A stretch of 64,000 nucleotides of DNA. It comes from a virus. Below are positions 34,659-43,045 of the stretch, in pieces. The stretch spans positions 1-64,000 of IMG/VR virus record IMGVR_UViG_3300003690_000090. The stretch is one strand, 5' to 3'. Within the stretch, counting starts at the first letter, position 1. Every line of letters starts with the position of its first letter. The notes under the pieces are model-generated. The model was not told the DNA's origin, did no database searches, and worked only from the letters and a program-made list of their open reading frames with translations. A program made the translations under genes and the position numbers.

Positions 34659-35080
34659 GACTTCACCTCCGGCACAGCCTTGGCCTTGGCGATCACTGCA
34701 AGCCCGCGTTCTCTAAGTTCTGCAACTCGCTTCGCAAAGGCCTCCCGGTCCTTGTATCTTGGACCGCGCCCCATCCAACCCAGTTCCGTTGTCACTTCCT
34801 TGACGAAGGACATCACCCCCGGCCAGCAGTCGTCGTGTTGTCGGTCGCGCTCATCGTCGTAGACTGGCTTCTCGCAGTCGGCGCAGCGGACCTCTGGGAC
34901 CTCTGGCATCCGCACCCAGCACAGCACCCATCGCTCGTCGACCTCGAGGCCCAAACTCATCACGGAGATCCCGTCCGGCGGTAGCGGCAGTCCCTCGTCT
35001 GCCCCGGTCATGACGTGAACAACCAGGCCGTCGGTGTTCTCGATGTGCTTCATCTCATGCAACTTGATTGTGTCGCTCAT
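34655..35080 (-). CDS. Early hypothetical protein
   Basis: ATGA overlaps; CADC motif. Confidence 0.7.
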   Translation of the reverse strand: MSDTIKLHEMKHIENTDGLVVHVMTGADEGLPLPPDGISVMSLGLEVDERWVLCWVRMPEVPEVRCADCEKPVYDDERDRQHDDCWPGVMSFVKEVTTELGWMGRGPRYKDREAFAKRVAELRERGLAVIAKAKAVPEVKS

Positions 35081-35322
35081 GACGCACCCCCACCACCGTG
35101 CTTGAGGGTTTCCAGTTCGTTCTCAAACCTGTCGTAGAGTCGACAGGCTGTGTCGAGGTGGGTTTGCATGACCTCTTGGACCTCCTTGTCGATGTCGTCC
35201 TCGGGGTCACCGAACATGGTGATGTTGTCCTCCGCTTTCTGGATGTAGTCCTCGAGCATGAAGAGGACGTCTGCGACCTCGTCCGGGACAAAGAACACCA
35301 TGATTTCTTGGTGAGCCATCAT
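35077..35322 (-). CDS. Small acidic early protein
   Basis: GGAGGTG RBS, ATGA overlap; MMAHQEI start. Confidence 0.65.
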   Translation of the reverse strand: MMAHQEIMVFFVPDEVADVLFMLEDYIQKAEDNITMFGDPEDDIDKEVQEVMQTHLDTACRLYDRFENELETLKHGGGGAS

Positions 35323-36050
35323 GCACCTCCCTTCGACAGCCATTCGTTGATTTTCCAGGCACCATCCTCGTCGACGCCGTACTCCTCGAGGAGGTCTTCG
35401 CACAGTTTCTCCTCGAGGTTGAAGACGGCGTTGGCGTGTGCATCGCCAGCATAGTTGTCGACAACCAGAAGGGCGACCTGCACCGGCACCGTCATGGTCA
35501 CGAACGCGCCATCCTCGATGAGGGCTTTCCACTTCGCCTTGGTGGCGTCATCCGGGTGCAGCGGGTTGCTGGTGTCGTCCTCCGGATCCTCTGCGTCACA
35601 CTCCTCGGCAAACGCACGGCGCTCGTCCTCAAGTTGCTGGTCGGTGCTGGTGTCGTCCTCCGGAAGAAGCATGTTGATGTGCTCGGGGTCACAGGGTGGC
35701 CTGCCAAGGTAGCCATTGATGGCAGCATCGCACTCATCCTTGGCGGTGGCGTCATCAATCTCGCCCTCGTCCCATCGACCGTGCGCACGGTCAATCGACA
35801 CCCACAGGTCATCGATGGCACCCACGCGCCCCTTGCCGTCGACGAGTGCTTCGATCATCCCAAGCAACCGAGTCGCATCGCCGGGGCGGGGGCCTGGGTC
35901 GTCGCAGTCCGTGGCCGTGAAAAAGTAGTTGTCGTCCAACTCCGTGCGGTGTCGTGCGACCTCCTCTGCAAGGACAACGATGTCCCTGAGTGCCGGCATG
36001 TCGCCCTCTCCGAACTGTCCGTACTGTTGAAGTTTCTTACTGAGTTCCAT
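35319..36050 (-). CDS. Acidic early protein (243 aa)
   Basis: AGGAGG RBS after family promoter. Confidence 0.7.
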   Translation of the reverse strand: MELSKKLQQYGQFGEGDMPALRDIVVLAEEVARHRTELDDNYFFTATDCDDPGPRPGDATRLLGMIEALVDGKGRVGAIDDLWVSIDRAHGRWDEGEIDDATAKDECDAAINGYLGRPPCDPEHINMLLPEDDTSTDQQLEDERRAFAEECDAEDPEDDTSNPLHPDDATKAKWKALIEDGAFVTMTVPVQVALLVVDNYAGDAHANAVFNLEEKLCEDLLEEYGVDEDGAWKINEWLSKGGA

Positions 36051-36080
36051 GACATCCTCCTGTGTTGTGGTGTCACAGGT

Positions 36081-36109
36081 AACGTAACCTACCATGACAA
36101 CACCCGCAA
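36081..36109 (-). promoter_or_regulatory. Early promoter, GTTRTCA-family
   Basis: TTGCGG-gt-GTTGTCAT-N7-TACGTT. Confidence 0.65.
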
Positions 36110-36153
36110 AAGAAAGATGGGGTCAGGGGGGACACCACGACCTCCCTGACCCC
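36108..36153 (-). terminator. Intrinsic terminator
   Basis: GGGGTCAGGG/CCCTGACCCC stem followed by ATCTTTCTTTT on the minus strand. Confidence 0.7.
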
Positions 36154-36250
36154 TGGACTCGAGCAGGTCACTACCAACCTGAAGCCCAACAGTAATCCTA
36201 TTGCGTGCCCCAGCCGTGGTCAAGGGTGACACCGCAGCTCGTACCTGGCA

Positions 36251-36335
36251 GAAGCGCTACCTGGCCCGCCCCCGCCTGGGCACGGTCGAGTGCTACCTGG
36301 CCCGCGACCACCAGGCCGAGAGCTACCCGGTCTGT
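36251..36335 (+). repeat. GCTACCYGG repeat cluster 2 (3 copies)
   Basis: CTAC cores at 36257, 36293, 36323. Confidence 0.85.
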
Positions 36336-36528
36336 GAGCTGTGCTTCAGGCCCGCCACCAGCTGGATGGAGCCGGAACTCTAAGCTCGTGGGCGGACGAC
36401 CAGGCCAGTGTTGATGGATGAAAGAAGTCCGGCACGAACCCGCCCAACCACCCTCCACTTTGTTTAGGCCTGGACGCCCACAAGAGCCGGAGACTGGGCA
36501 GAACCCAGCCCCCGGGTTTGACCTGGTA

Positions 36529-36888
36529 CTACACACCACTGAAGCCTTTGCGCTTGGCGAGGCCCCATGCCTTGTTGATCAGGTCAAGGGTCACATCGGG
36601 ATGGATGGATCCGAGAGGCCGGTCTTCGTCCTCGTCGTCTACCAGTTCAGGTTCGGCACCCGTCAGGTTCTCCCAAGCATTGCATATGGCTTGGTTCGAG
36701 TCGCAGTGATCTCCAGTGGCGCAGTACTTGTCGCCATGCCCTTGTTCCAAGAAGGCGAGGTTCTGCTTGTCAATGAGCAGGAGGGTCTCGGGTTCATTCG
36801 TGAACCACGCCTGCATGACGCTGCGGAACTCTTCCGCCAGCGCCTCTGGTGTCGGGGGAAGAGGGTCAGTAGAGAGTCGGTCGGTCAT
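36529..36888 (-). CDS. Small acidic early protein
   Basis: GGAGGTGACGTCATGA junction. Confidence 0.7.
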   Translation of the reverse strand: MTDRLSTDPLPPTPEALAEEFRSVMQAWFTNEPETLLLIDKQNLAFLEQGHGDKYCATGDHCDSNQAICNAWENLTGAEPELVDDEDEDRPLGSIHPDVTLDLINKAWGLAKRKGFSGV

Positions 36889-37052
36889 GACGTCACCTCC
36901 TCTTCATGCCCAGCGCTGCACTTCGGGCACGCCTCCGCGTGGCACTTCTTGCACAGCATCGTGTCGTCGTCGTCGCCAATCCACTCGGCAGACCAGATGC
37001 TCACGACCTCGCCGCATCGGTTGCAGGGATCCCATTCTTCTGGAAACGTCAT
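36885..37052 (-). CDS. Small Cys-rich early protein
   Basis: CNRC, CKKC, CPKC; same junction. Confidence 0.65.
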   Translation of the reverse strand: MTFPEEWDPCNRCGEVVSIWSAEWIGDDDDTMLCKKCHAEACPKCSAGHEEEVTS

Positions 37053-37285
37053 GACGTCACCTCCGCAACGATGTCTTGTGCTTCCCACGCTGCGTCGTCG
37101 AACCCTCGTCCGCCAAGCGGGTCGTCTTCGTGGTCCGTGACGAACTCGTCGGAGTCCGAGTGGTCCTGTCCGTTGTTCAGCCAGTCCTCTGCCTTCGCCT
37201 TGGCCTCCTCCGGGGAGGAAGCCAAGACGGTGACGTCTGCGAACTCAATCTTGGTTCTTACCAGTGGAACTGTGTACTCCCTCAT
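37049..37285 (-). CDS. Small acidic early protein
   Basis: VLASSPEEAKAKA motif; same junction. Confidence 0.65.
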   Translation of the reverse strand: MREYTVPLVRTKIEFADVTVLASSPEEAKAKAEDWLNNGQDHSDSDEFVTDHEDDPLGGRGFDDAAWEAQDIVAEVTS

Positions 37286-38145
37286 GACGTCACCTCCGAC
37301 CACTCGCCGTTGTCGGTCTCTTCATGCGCGGCGTCCTCGGATTCCCAGCACCAACTCATGCCGCCGACGGACCACACGGGCTCGTCGATGCCTTCGATGG
37401 TTTGGGGAAACCAGACCTCGGGCTCGTCCAAGGTCTCGCCATTCACGCACGGGACATGCACGTTGCCTTCATGCCAGTCCATCTCGTTGTCGTAGCCAGC
37501 GTTGCACTGGGTCATCACCGCTTCCATCTGCGCCTTGGTGAAGTAGGGCACGCGCCATCCGTTACACGTCTGGCCAAGGCAGTAGCCTTCGACGGTATAG
37601 TCGAAGAACTCCATGTAGAAGTGCTTGATGGTTGCCTTGTACTTCGGGGTGCTTGGCAGCCTGCCCATGTGGATGTCGACTTGCTCTGGCGTCCACAGTG
37701 GTTGGCGCACGCGGATGGTGATGCCAACCTCATGGTCGGCGTTCTCTCCTGCCTCGTTCAACACCTCCACGTCACAGCGCGAGAGGTACACATGCAACTC
37801 CTCTGGCACAACGCCATTGGTGGTGCGGAACTGTGCCGGCGGGTTGTCGTCGTGCATCCGATTAAGCATTGCGAAGAACTCGCAGAGTTCGACATGCTCG
37901 TCTGCCTCGTCGGGTTGACGATCTGAACCCCAGGGACGAGTCCGGTCAGGGTCAGCGGGGCGAGAGGTGATGCCGTAGTCACCAGACCGTTGGAGTGCGG
38001 CGCTGACGATAGAGGCAAGCACGCCTTCTCGGCTGATGGACCGGCACATTTCTCTGCCGTCACAGTAGCCAGTCCAAATCAGTTCGGGCGGTCGCTGGTC
38101 AGTGCTTCCAGTAGCAAGGTGGTTGGTGAGTTCGTTGATGTCCAT
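37282..38145 (-). CDS. Early hypothetical protein (287 aa)
   Basis: AC-rich leader, GAGG RBS; NGWRVPYF and WCWE motifs. Confidence 0.7.
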   Translation of the reverse strand: MDINELTNHLATGSTDQRPPELIWTGYCDGREMCRSISREGVLASIVSAALQRSGDYGITSRPADPDRTRPWGSDRQPDEADEHVELCEFFAMLNRMHDDNPPAQFRTTNGVVPEELHVYLSRCDVEVLNEAGENADHEVGITIRVRQPLWTPEQVDIHMGRLPSTPKYKATIKHFYMEFFDYTVEGYCLGQTCNGWRVPYFTKAQMEAVMTQCNAGYDNEMDWHEGNVHVPCVNGETLDEPEVWFPQTIEGIDEPVWSVGGMSWCWESEDAAHEETDNGEWSEVTS

Positions 38146-38223
38146 GGTGTCCTCATGTTGTGTGTGGTGTCGGCGGGGGAAGCCCTCCCCCAAGGGATAA
38201 GTATCACGGTAGGCAACGGCGGG

Positions 38224-38463
38224 CTACCTCCACGACCCGGGGCATGCCTGCTTGGCGGCGAGCACGGAGGCATAGGAATGCTCGACGCAGTTGTCGCGCC
38301 ACACCTCGGCGACCGGCACGATGCGCCCGCTGGTCAGTACGGTGTACCCGGGTAGGGGACACACGCTTTGGTCGGTCACCTCGTCCCACTCGGGGGAGGT
38401 CTCGTAGCACATGGCGCCCCCGACGAGGACGGCAACAGCGTAGGGGAATCTATCGGTAGTCAT
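38224..38463 (-). CDS. Small early protein
   Basis: Family promoter, leader and GAGG RBS. Confidence 0.6.
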   Translation of the reverse strand: MTTDRFPYAVAVLVGGAMCYETSPEWDEVTDQSVCPLPGYTVLTSGRIVPVAEVWRDNCVEHSYASVLAAKQACPGSWR

Positions 38464-38494
38464 GATTGTCCTCGTTGTGTGTGGTGTCACAGGT

Positions 38495-38522
38495 AACGTA
38501 ACCCGCCATGACAACGGCGCAA
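38495..38522 (-). promoter_or_regulatory. Early promoter, GTTRTCA-family
   Basis: GTTGTCAT-N7-TACGTT; near-identical to the 36081 copy including leader. Confidence 0.7.
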
Positions 38523-38531
38523 CACAGCGGG

Positions 38532-38700
38532 GCAGCGCTACCCGGTCCGCCGCCCCCTGGGCAGAGCTACATGGACCGCCGCCCGCAAGGCAAGCGCTAC
38601 CCGGCCTGCCACCAGCCGGAGCTCCTGTTGGAGCCGCGCATGAGCTGGGCAAGCGCTACCCGGACCGCTCCCAACTGGGCGAGTACTACCCGGACCGCTG
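38532..38700 (+). repeat. GCTACCYGG repeat cluster 3 (5 copies)
   Basis: CTAC cores at 38538, 38567, 38597, 38656, 38686. Confidence 0.9.
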
Positions 38701-38778
38701 CCCACCGTTGTTACTATCATCCGCCTGGTCAACTCGAACCCGGGCAGTTCCGATCTCGCCGGCCTGGGCTCGAGACGC

Positions 38779-38813
38779 AAAGAAGCCCAGCCGACCTAGT
38801 GGCCGACTGGGCT
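38779..38813 (-). terminator. Intrinsic terminator
   Basis: AGCCCAGTCGGCC-acta-GGTCGGCTGGGCT then TCTTT, after stop at 38845. Confidence 0.7.
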
Positions 38814-38844
38814 CGGGTGCCGGGCTAAGCCCGGGGACACCACC

Positions 38845-39153
38845 CTATGGCTCTGGCATGTTGTGCTCATCGCCGAAGAAGTAGCCCTGATCTGGCGCGT
38901 TCAGCGAGACCTGGTATTCGGTCGGCTTGCCTGCTTTCTCCCAACACGCGACATGGTAGCAGCACACCTCCATCACGTTGGATACCTCCGCGCCATCCAC
39001 GCGCCCATACCCGTCGTACTCGCCTTGGCGGATCGTGCCGTCCTTCTCGATCACGACCACCTGGCGCATCCAATTGTTGATCGGGCTTGTCGCCCATTCA
39101 CTCAGCATGGGGTGCTGGCATGCGTTGCAGTTAGCGCTGAAAAATCCCATCAT
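38845..39153 (-). CDS. Small Cys/His-containing early protein
   Basis: MMGFFSANCNAC...YDGYG...HVACW; ATGA overlap. Confidence 0.7.
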   Translation of the reverse strand: MMGFFSANCNACQHPMLSEWATSPINNWMRQVVVIEKDGTIRQGEYDGYGRVDGAEVSNVMEVCCYHVACWEKAGKPTEYQVSLNAPDQGYFFGDEHNMPEP

Positions 39154-39326
39154 GCACCCCCTTCGGTCTTGTGGGGCGTTGTCTTGGGTGCCTTGTACCA
39201 AAACCGTTCTTCCTTGCACCACGACAGCCCGGTGTAGATAATGATCTGCCCCTCGTTGTCCGTGTCTATCGTTGCAAGGGGCAGCAATTGTGCGAGTGCT
39301 TGTACCAATTGATCCATAGTCATCAT
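39150..39326 (-). CDS. Small early protein
   Basis: DNEGQIIIYTGL; ATGA overlaps. Confidence 0.6.
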   Translation of the reverse strand: MMTMDQLVQALAQLLPLATIDTDNEGQIIIYTGLSWCKEERFWYKAPKTTPHKTEGGA

Positions 39327-40072
39327 GCACCCCCTTCTGCCTTGCGCCACCCGGTGTACCGGTTGACCTTCGGACCGTGCGCGACGATGGCCACCGACGG
39401 GCGACGGGCACCCCTCGAGGTACCATCGCACTGCCTGCAGGATGCGCAGTCCAGCACCTTGCCTGCTTCCTCTGCAGCCGGGCACACCCGTTCCCACGGT
39501 TGCAAGGCTTCGGTTGCAAGGCGCGTTCTAAACGTCCGCCATCCCAGCGAATGAGCGATCGTCGCTTCGGCGGGTGTGTCGACCGACGCCATGACAAGAT
39601 CCGCCCATTCGGACGCGTCCAGATCTGGCCACCTATGATCGTATCCGGTCCACCCCTTGGCATCCTGCAGCATCGCACGCCATGTGGGAGAGGGTACGAC
39701 CGACGGGTTTCCATAGGTACCCATCCGAACCATGCGACCGTCAAGGTGCGCGGGCAATTCCGAGACGTCCGGGCGGATCACGTTGCCCCGGTGGTACGCT
39801 TGCCAGACTGCAAGCGGACCCCGGAAGGCGAGCACGTAGCACGCGCCAGACCCGCCCGATGCGACCGAACGGTGTCCGCAGTCCCCGCAGACTGCGACGT
39901 CATCCCCGGACCGGATAGCGTCATGTGGTGCGATATCCCTGTGCATAAGGTAGGTCTGGACCAGATCGCCCGTCTTGGCATTGGCGGACTGGTAGTCAAG
40001 GTCCTGCGTGATCCCGATAATCGGTGATCCGTCTATGGGCGATGGCCCCTCATAGAATACGATGCGTCGCAT
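39323..40072 (-). CDS. Cys-rich phage protein, possible Fe-S/radical-SAM-like enzyme
   Basis: NAKTG, CGDC...CYV, CPA, CASCRQC, AHG motifs. Confidence 0.65.
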   Translation of the reverse strand: MRRIVFYEGPSPIDGSPIIGITQDLDYQSANAKTGDLVQTYLMHRDIAPHDAIRSGDDVAVCGDCGHRSVASGGSGACYVLAFRGPLAVWQAYHRGNVIRPDVSELPAHLDGRMVRMGTYGNPSVVPSPTWRAMLQDAKGWTGYDHRWPDLDASEWADLVMASVDTPAEATIAHSLGWRTFRTRLATEALQPWERVCPAAEEAGKVLDCASCRQCDGTSRGARRPSVAIVAHGPKVNRYTGWRKAEGGA

Positions 40073-40120
40073 GTGGTGTGTCCGTTGTTTGTGGTGTCCG
40101 ACGGGTAGCCCGTCCCATGT

Positions 40121-40148
40121 AATGTAACCCGCCCTGATAACGGGGCAA
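40121..40148 (-). promoter_or_regulatory. Early promoter, GTTRTCA-family
   Basis: TTGCCC-c-GTTATCAG-N7-TACATT. Confidence 0.7.
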
Positions 40149-40154
40149 CCCGTC

Positions 40155-40325
40155 GCAAGCGCTACCCGGACCGCCGCCCACATGCCGGGAGGCCTGGCAC
40201 AATGCAAGCGCTACCCGGACCGCCGCCCACATGCCGAGGCGCAAGCGCTACCCGGACCGCTATGAGCTGGCACAATGCAAGCGCTACCCGGCCCGCTGCT
40301 GGCAAGCAAGCGCTACCCGGTCCGC
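40155..40325 (+). repeat. Repeat cluster 4: GCAAGCGCTACCCGGNCCGC x5
   Basis: Copies start at 40155, 40204, 40241, 40277, 40306. Confidence 0.95.
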
Positions 40326-40385
40326 TGCCCGCTGGGCACGACCTTGTGGAGCCGGAGACCTGGTCTCGCATGCGTGTCTCGATGG

Positions 40386-40413
40386 GTGCCCCGTTATCAG
40401 AACAGGTTACATT
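40386..40413 (+). promoter_or_regulatory. Early promoter, GTTRTCA-family
   Basis: GTTATCAG-N7-TACATT then GACA leader and GGAGG RBS. Confidence 0.7.
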
Positions 40414-40442
40414 ATCCATGGACACAAACCACGGAGGTCCAC

Positions 40443-40766
40443 ATGAAACCCCCCACCTTTGAAACCCACAACGACACCAAGGTCGACATCAATGGCACGC
40501 ACCTGCAGGGGCACATCGACACCACGTTCGGTGCCCTCGTTTGCACGTTCGGAGAACCGACAGTCGGTGACGAATACAAGATCGACTGGGAATGGGAGAT
40601 TGAGTTTGCAGATGGCACCGTTGCCACTGTCTACAACTGGAAGAATGGCCCCAACTATTGCAGGTCCGGAGGGAAACGCGCCAACCAGATCACCGATTGG
40701 CACGTTGGCGGTCACAAGGGTGAAGCGTTGGCGCTGGTGCAGCAGGCGCTGGGAGGTCTGGCATGA
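40443..40766 (+). CDS. Conserved-looking small phage protein
   Basis: LQG, FGEP, EW, TVYNWK, WHVGG pattern; GGAGG RBS. Confidence 0.75.
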   Translation: MKPPTFETHNDTKVDINGTHLQGHIDTTFGALVCTFGEPTVGDEYKIDWEWEIEFADGTVATVYNWKNGPNYCRSGGKRANQITDWHVGGHKGEALALVQQALGGLA

Positions 40767-40987
40767 TCTATCGAGGTAGCCTCGCAGAAGGTCCAGCGCG
40801 TGAGTCCGACGGGTTCCCCAAGTGGATTGAATGGAAGGGGGTGCAGTACCAGACACCCCACTATGACGTCATCCATGAATGGGTCTATGACAGCATTGTG
40901 GATGCCATCGACGGCACCCCCATCGAGCCCGATGGGATCACCTGTGAGGGTTGCCCCTCATGGCTGCTGGCATTGGGTCTGATCTAA
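40763..40987 (+). CDS. Small phage protein
   Basis: EPDG...PSWLLALGLI; GGAGG RBS, ATGA overlap. Confidence 0.7.
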   Translation: MIYRGSLAEGPARESDGFPKWIEWKGVQYQTPHYDVIHEWVYDSIVDAIDGTPIEPDGITCEGCPSWLLALGLI

Positions 40988-41025
40988 ACACGACACCGGG
41001 AGGTAGGGATGGAATAGCGCATCCG

Positions 41026-41057
41026 CCCCGTCATCCGCAAGGGTGGCGGGGTTTCCT
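41026..41057 (+). terminator. Intrinsic terminator
   Basis: CCCCGTCATCC-GCAA-GGGTGGCGGGG then TTTCCT. Confidence 0.65.
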
Positions 41058-41074
41058 ATTGGCCTGGTGCAAGC

Positions 41075-41143
41075 GCAAGCGCTACCCGGACCGCCCCCGC
41101 CTGGGCACGGGACCGTGGAGCCGTAAGCGCTACCCGGCCCGCC
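41075..41143 (+). repeat. GCTACCYGG repeat cluster 5 (2 copies)
   Basis: CTAC cores at 41082 and 41130; first copy shares about 34 bp with the 36252 copy. Confidence 0.9.
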
Positions 41144-41209
41144 ACCGGTTGTGTCTACTATCATCACACCAGCTGGCAGCTCCGACCTGGTAGAGCTCAA
41201 GCCCAGCAC

Positions 41210-41246
41210 AAAGAGAAGCCCCGCCGAGCTTGGAGCCGGGCGGGGC
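41210..41246 (-). terminator. Intrinsic terminator
   Basis: GCCCCGCC/GGCGGGGC stem then TTCTCTTT. Confidence 0.6.
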
Positions 41247-41278
41247 GGTTGGCCTGGTCGAACGTTAGGCCGGTGAGA

Positions 41279-41374
41279 TCAGTCGTCGGGTGGCCTGGGC
41301 AGAATTGCCATGGCGCAGAAGAAGAGAACGACAAGGGCAGTGCATGCCAAGGTGGTCATGAGGAAGTCGAACAT
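41279..41374 (-). CDS. 31-aa membrane peptide (not in ORF track)
   Basis: MFDFLMTTLACTALVVLFFCAMAILPRPPDD*; AC-rich leader, weak RBS. Confidence 0.35.
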   Translation of the reverse strand: MFDFLMTTLACTALVVLFFCAMAILPRPPDD

Positions 41375-41466
41375 GTGGGGCCTGGTCTTGTGGTGAGTGA
41401 GTTGTTTTGATTTGGTTTGGGGGTGCGGGACGGGAGGAACCACCCTCCCGCCCCGGGTTGTACAAC

Positions 41467-42093
41467 CTACCCAAGCATTTCCTCTGCGCCGATGGACTTG
41501 CCGCCCATGACCAGACTGTCAAAGTTGGAACCATCCAGGCGCAGACCGTAGTTCCTCCAGTACCGTTGGCGCAGGTCAAAGGTGTGCTTGACCCACGGCT
41601 TGATGCCGGTGGTGATCTTGGTGCGCACGGTTTCGGCACGCTTGACTTCGGTTCCCTCTGCTGCTGCGCCCTTCCACATTTCCAGACCGACCACAAGAAC
41701 CTCGTCCTCATTCTTGGGGTTGCGCATCAGGCGACCGTCAACCACGGTGACCAATTCAGTCTTGCGGTCATGCTCACCGGCAAGGGACTTGCTTGCGCTT
41801 GCGATCAATTCATCAATCGCAACGGCGATATCAGCAGCAGTGGGAACCATGCGGATAGGGTCCGCGCCCTTCTGGCGAACCAGCGGGTTGACCATGTCAG
41901 GGTGTGCAGCCAGTGCCACGGGGTCAAGGGACCGGAGGGTTTCCAAATCCTTTCGGATGACGTTCTTGTACGACACGCCGATCTGCAATTTGCGATGCCG
42001 GCTTTCGCCTTCTTTCGTGACATGTCCACGGATGAAGGCGATCTGTCCGCCTCCGGTTTCGGCAATCATGGTTTCGATGGTGGGGGTGGCCAT
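41467..42093 (-). CDS. Early hypothetical protein (208 aa)
   Basis: GGAGG RBS before MATPTIET. Confidence 0.7.
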   Translation of the reverse strand: MATPTIETMIAETGGGQIAFIRGHVTKEGESRHRKLQIGVSYKNVIRKDLETLRSLDPVALAAHPDMVNPLVRQKGADPIRMVPTAADIAVAIDELIASASKSLAGEHDRKTELVTVVDGRLMRNPKNEDEVLVVGLEMWKGAAAEGTEVKRAETVRTKITTGIKPWVKHTFDLRQRYWRNYGLRLDGSNFDSLVMGGKSIGAEEMLG

Positions 42094-42142
42094 GGTTGGC
42101 CTCCATTGGTTTGGGTTGTCACCGGAGGGTTCCGGTACAAAC

Positions 42143-42170
42143 AACCTATCGTCATGGGTGATAACGTCAA
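42143..42170 (-). promoter_or_regulatory. Promoter containing GTTATCA
   Basis: TTGACG-16 bp-TAGGTT. Confidence 0.55.
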
Positions 42171-42247
42171 GGGCACAGCCCGACCCCTGGCCCCCATGCC
42201 CCATGCCGGCATGCCCCCACACCCCCGCGTTACCTGGCATACACCCA

Positions 42248-42360
42248 CCAAGTGCTACTCGGACCGCCACCAATTGACCAAGAGCTACCCGGACCGCCAT
42301 CAATTGAGACCAACCAAGCGCTACCCGGACCGCCATCAATTGACGGAGTGCTACCTGGCG
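42248..42360 (+). repeat. Repeat cluster 6 (4 copies, three followed by CAATTGA)
   Basis: CTAC cores at 42255, 42285, 42321, 42351. Confidence 0.92.
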
Positions 42361-42413
42361 TTCAGCCGTTCCAGCTCATGTGGTGTGGTGGGAAGCAGCT
42401 GGGTTGTGGAGCA

Positions 42414-42441
42414 ATGCACCGTTATCAGAACGGGTTACATT
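42414..42441 (+). promoter_or_regulatory. Early promoter, GTTRTCA-family
   Basis: GTTATCAG-N7-TACATT then GACA leader and GAGGTG RBS. Confidence 0.7.
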
Positions 42442-42469
42442 ATGTATAGACAACAAACACGAGGTGAAC

Positions 42470-42718
42470 ATGGGAAAGCAAGTAGTAGTATTCGAACTTC
42501 CTGACTGCGATATCTGCGCTGATGGAACCAAAGCAAAGTACGACGCGAAGACTCGAAGGGGTCCGTGGGGCAACCTGTGCGAGCCGTGCTGGAAGCGACA
42601 CACCTATCGCCACCTTGGCACGGGGTTCGGTCAGGAACTGGTTCTGAAGGTCACGGACGGATCAGACCACCTGCGCAATGTCCGGGCTGTTCTGGACATG
42701 TTGGGGGACAAGTCATGA
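42470..42718 (+). CDS. Small Zn-binding phage protein
   Basis: CDIC...YDAKT..GPW..LCEPC...LGTGFGQ. Confidence 0.7.
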   Translation: MGKQVVVFELPDCDICADGTKAKYDAKTRRGPWGNLCEPCWKRHTYRHLGTGFGQELVLKVTDGSDHLRNVRAVLDMLGDKS

Positions 42719-42906
42719 TCGACTACCACGCCACGGTGAGCAAGTGTGACGTTTGTGGGTTGCACGACTACGACGAGGACATCGTTGTGGTCACCGACGA
42801 GGAGGACGGGGAGGACGTCACCCTGTGCGCCGATTGCGCGAGGGACTGGGATGGTTGCGAGACCGGTAGTGGGGGGGACGAAACCGCCCACTACCGAGGC
42901 TACTAG
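42715..42906 (+). CDS. Small acidic Zn-finger protein
   Basis: CDVC...CADC; ATGA overlap. Confidence 0.6.
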   Translation: MIDYHATVSKCDVCGLHDYDEDIVVVTDEEDGEDVTLCADCARDWDGCETGSGGDETAHYRGY

Positions 42907-42950
42907 TCAACCGGGCTGGCATCCCAAACTGCCTCCTTCTTCTTCTCTTT

Positions 42951-42985
42951 GCCTCCACAGGTAGCCTCCACGGTAGCCTCCACGG
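42951..42985 (+). repeat. Short tandem repeat (GGTA)GCCTCCAC x3
   Basis: GCCTCCAC at 42951, 42964, 42976. Confidence 0.85.
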
Positions 42986-43045
42986 TTGGCACTATCATCA
43001 AGGTGTGGCTACGTAGTTATCATGACAACCAACACCGAGGGATAC

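Noticed and set aside
33895-34716. Plus-strand ORFs through the repeat clusters (repeated CYLA/RYPD/ALPG peptides)
   Set aside because: Peptide repeats are translations of the DNA motif in shifting frames; copy spacings are often not multiples of 3.
40155-40325. Repeat clusters as a CRISPR or mini-CRISPR array
   Set aside because: Spacers are short (9-29 nt), irregular and share sequence with each other; no cas genes seen.
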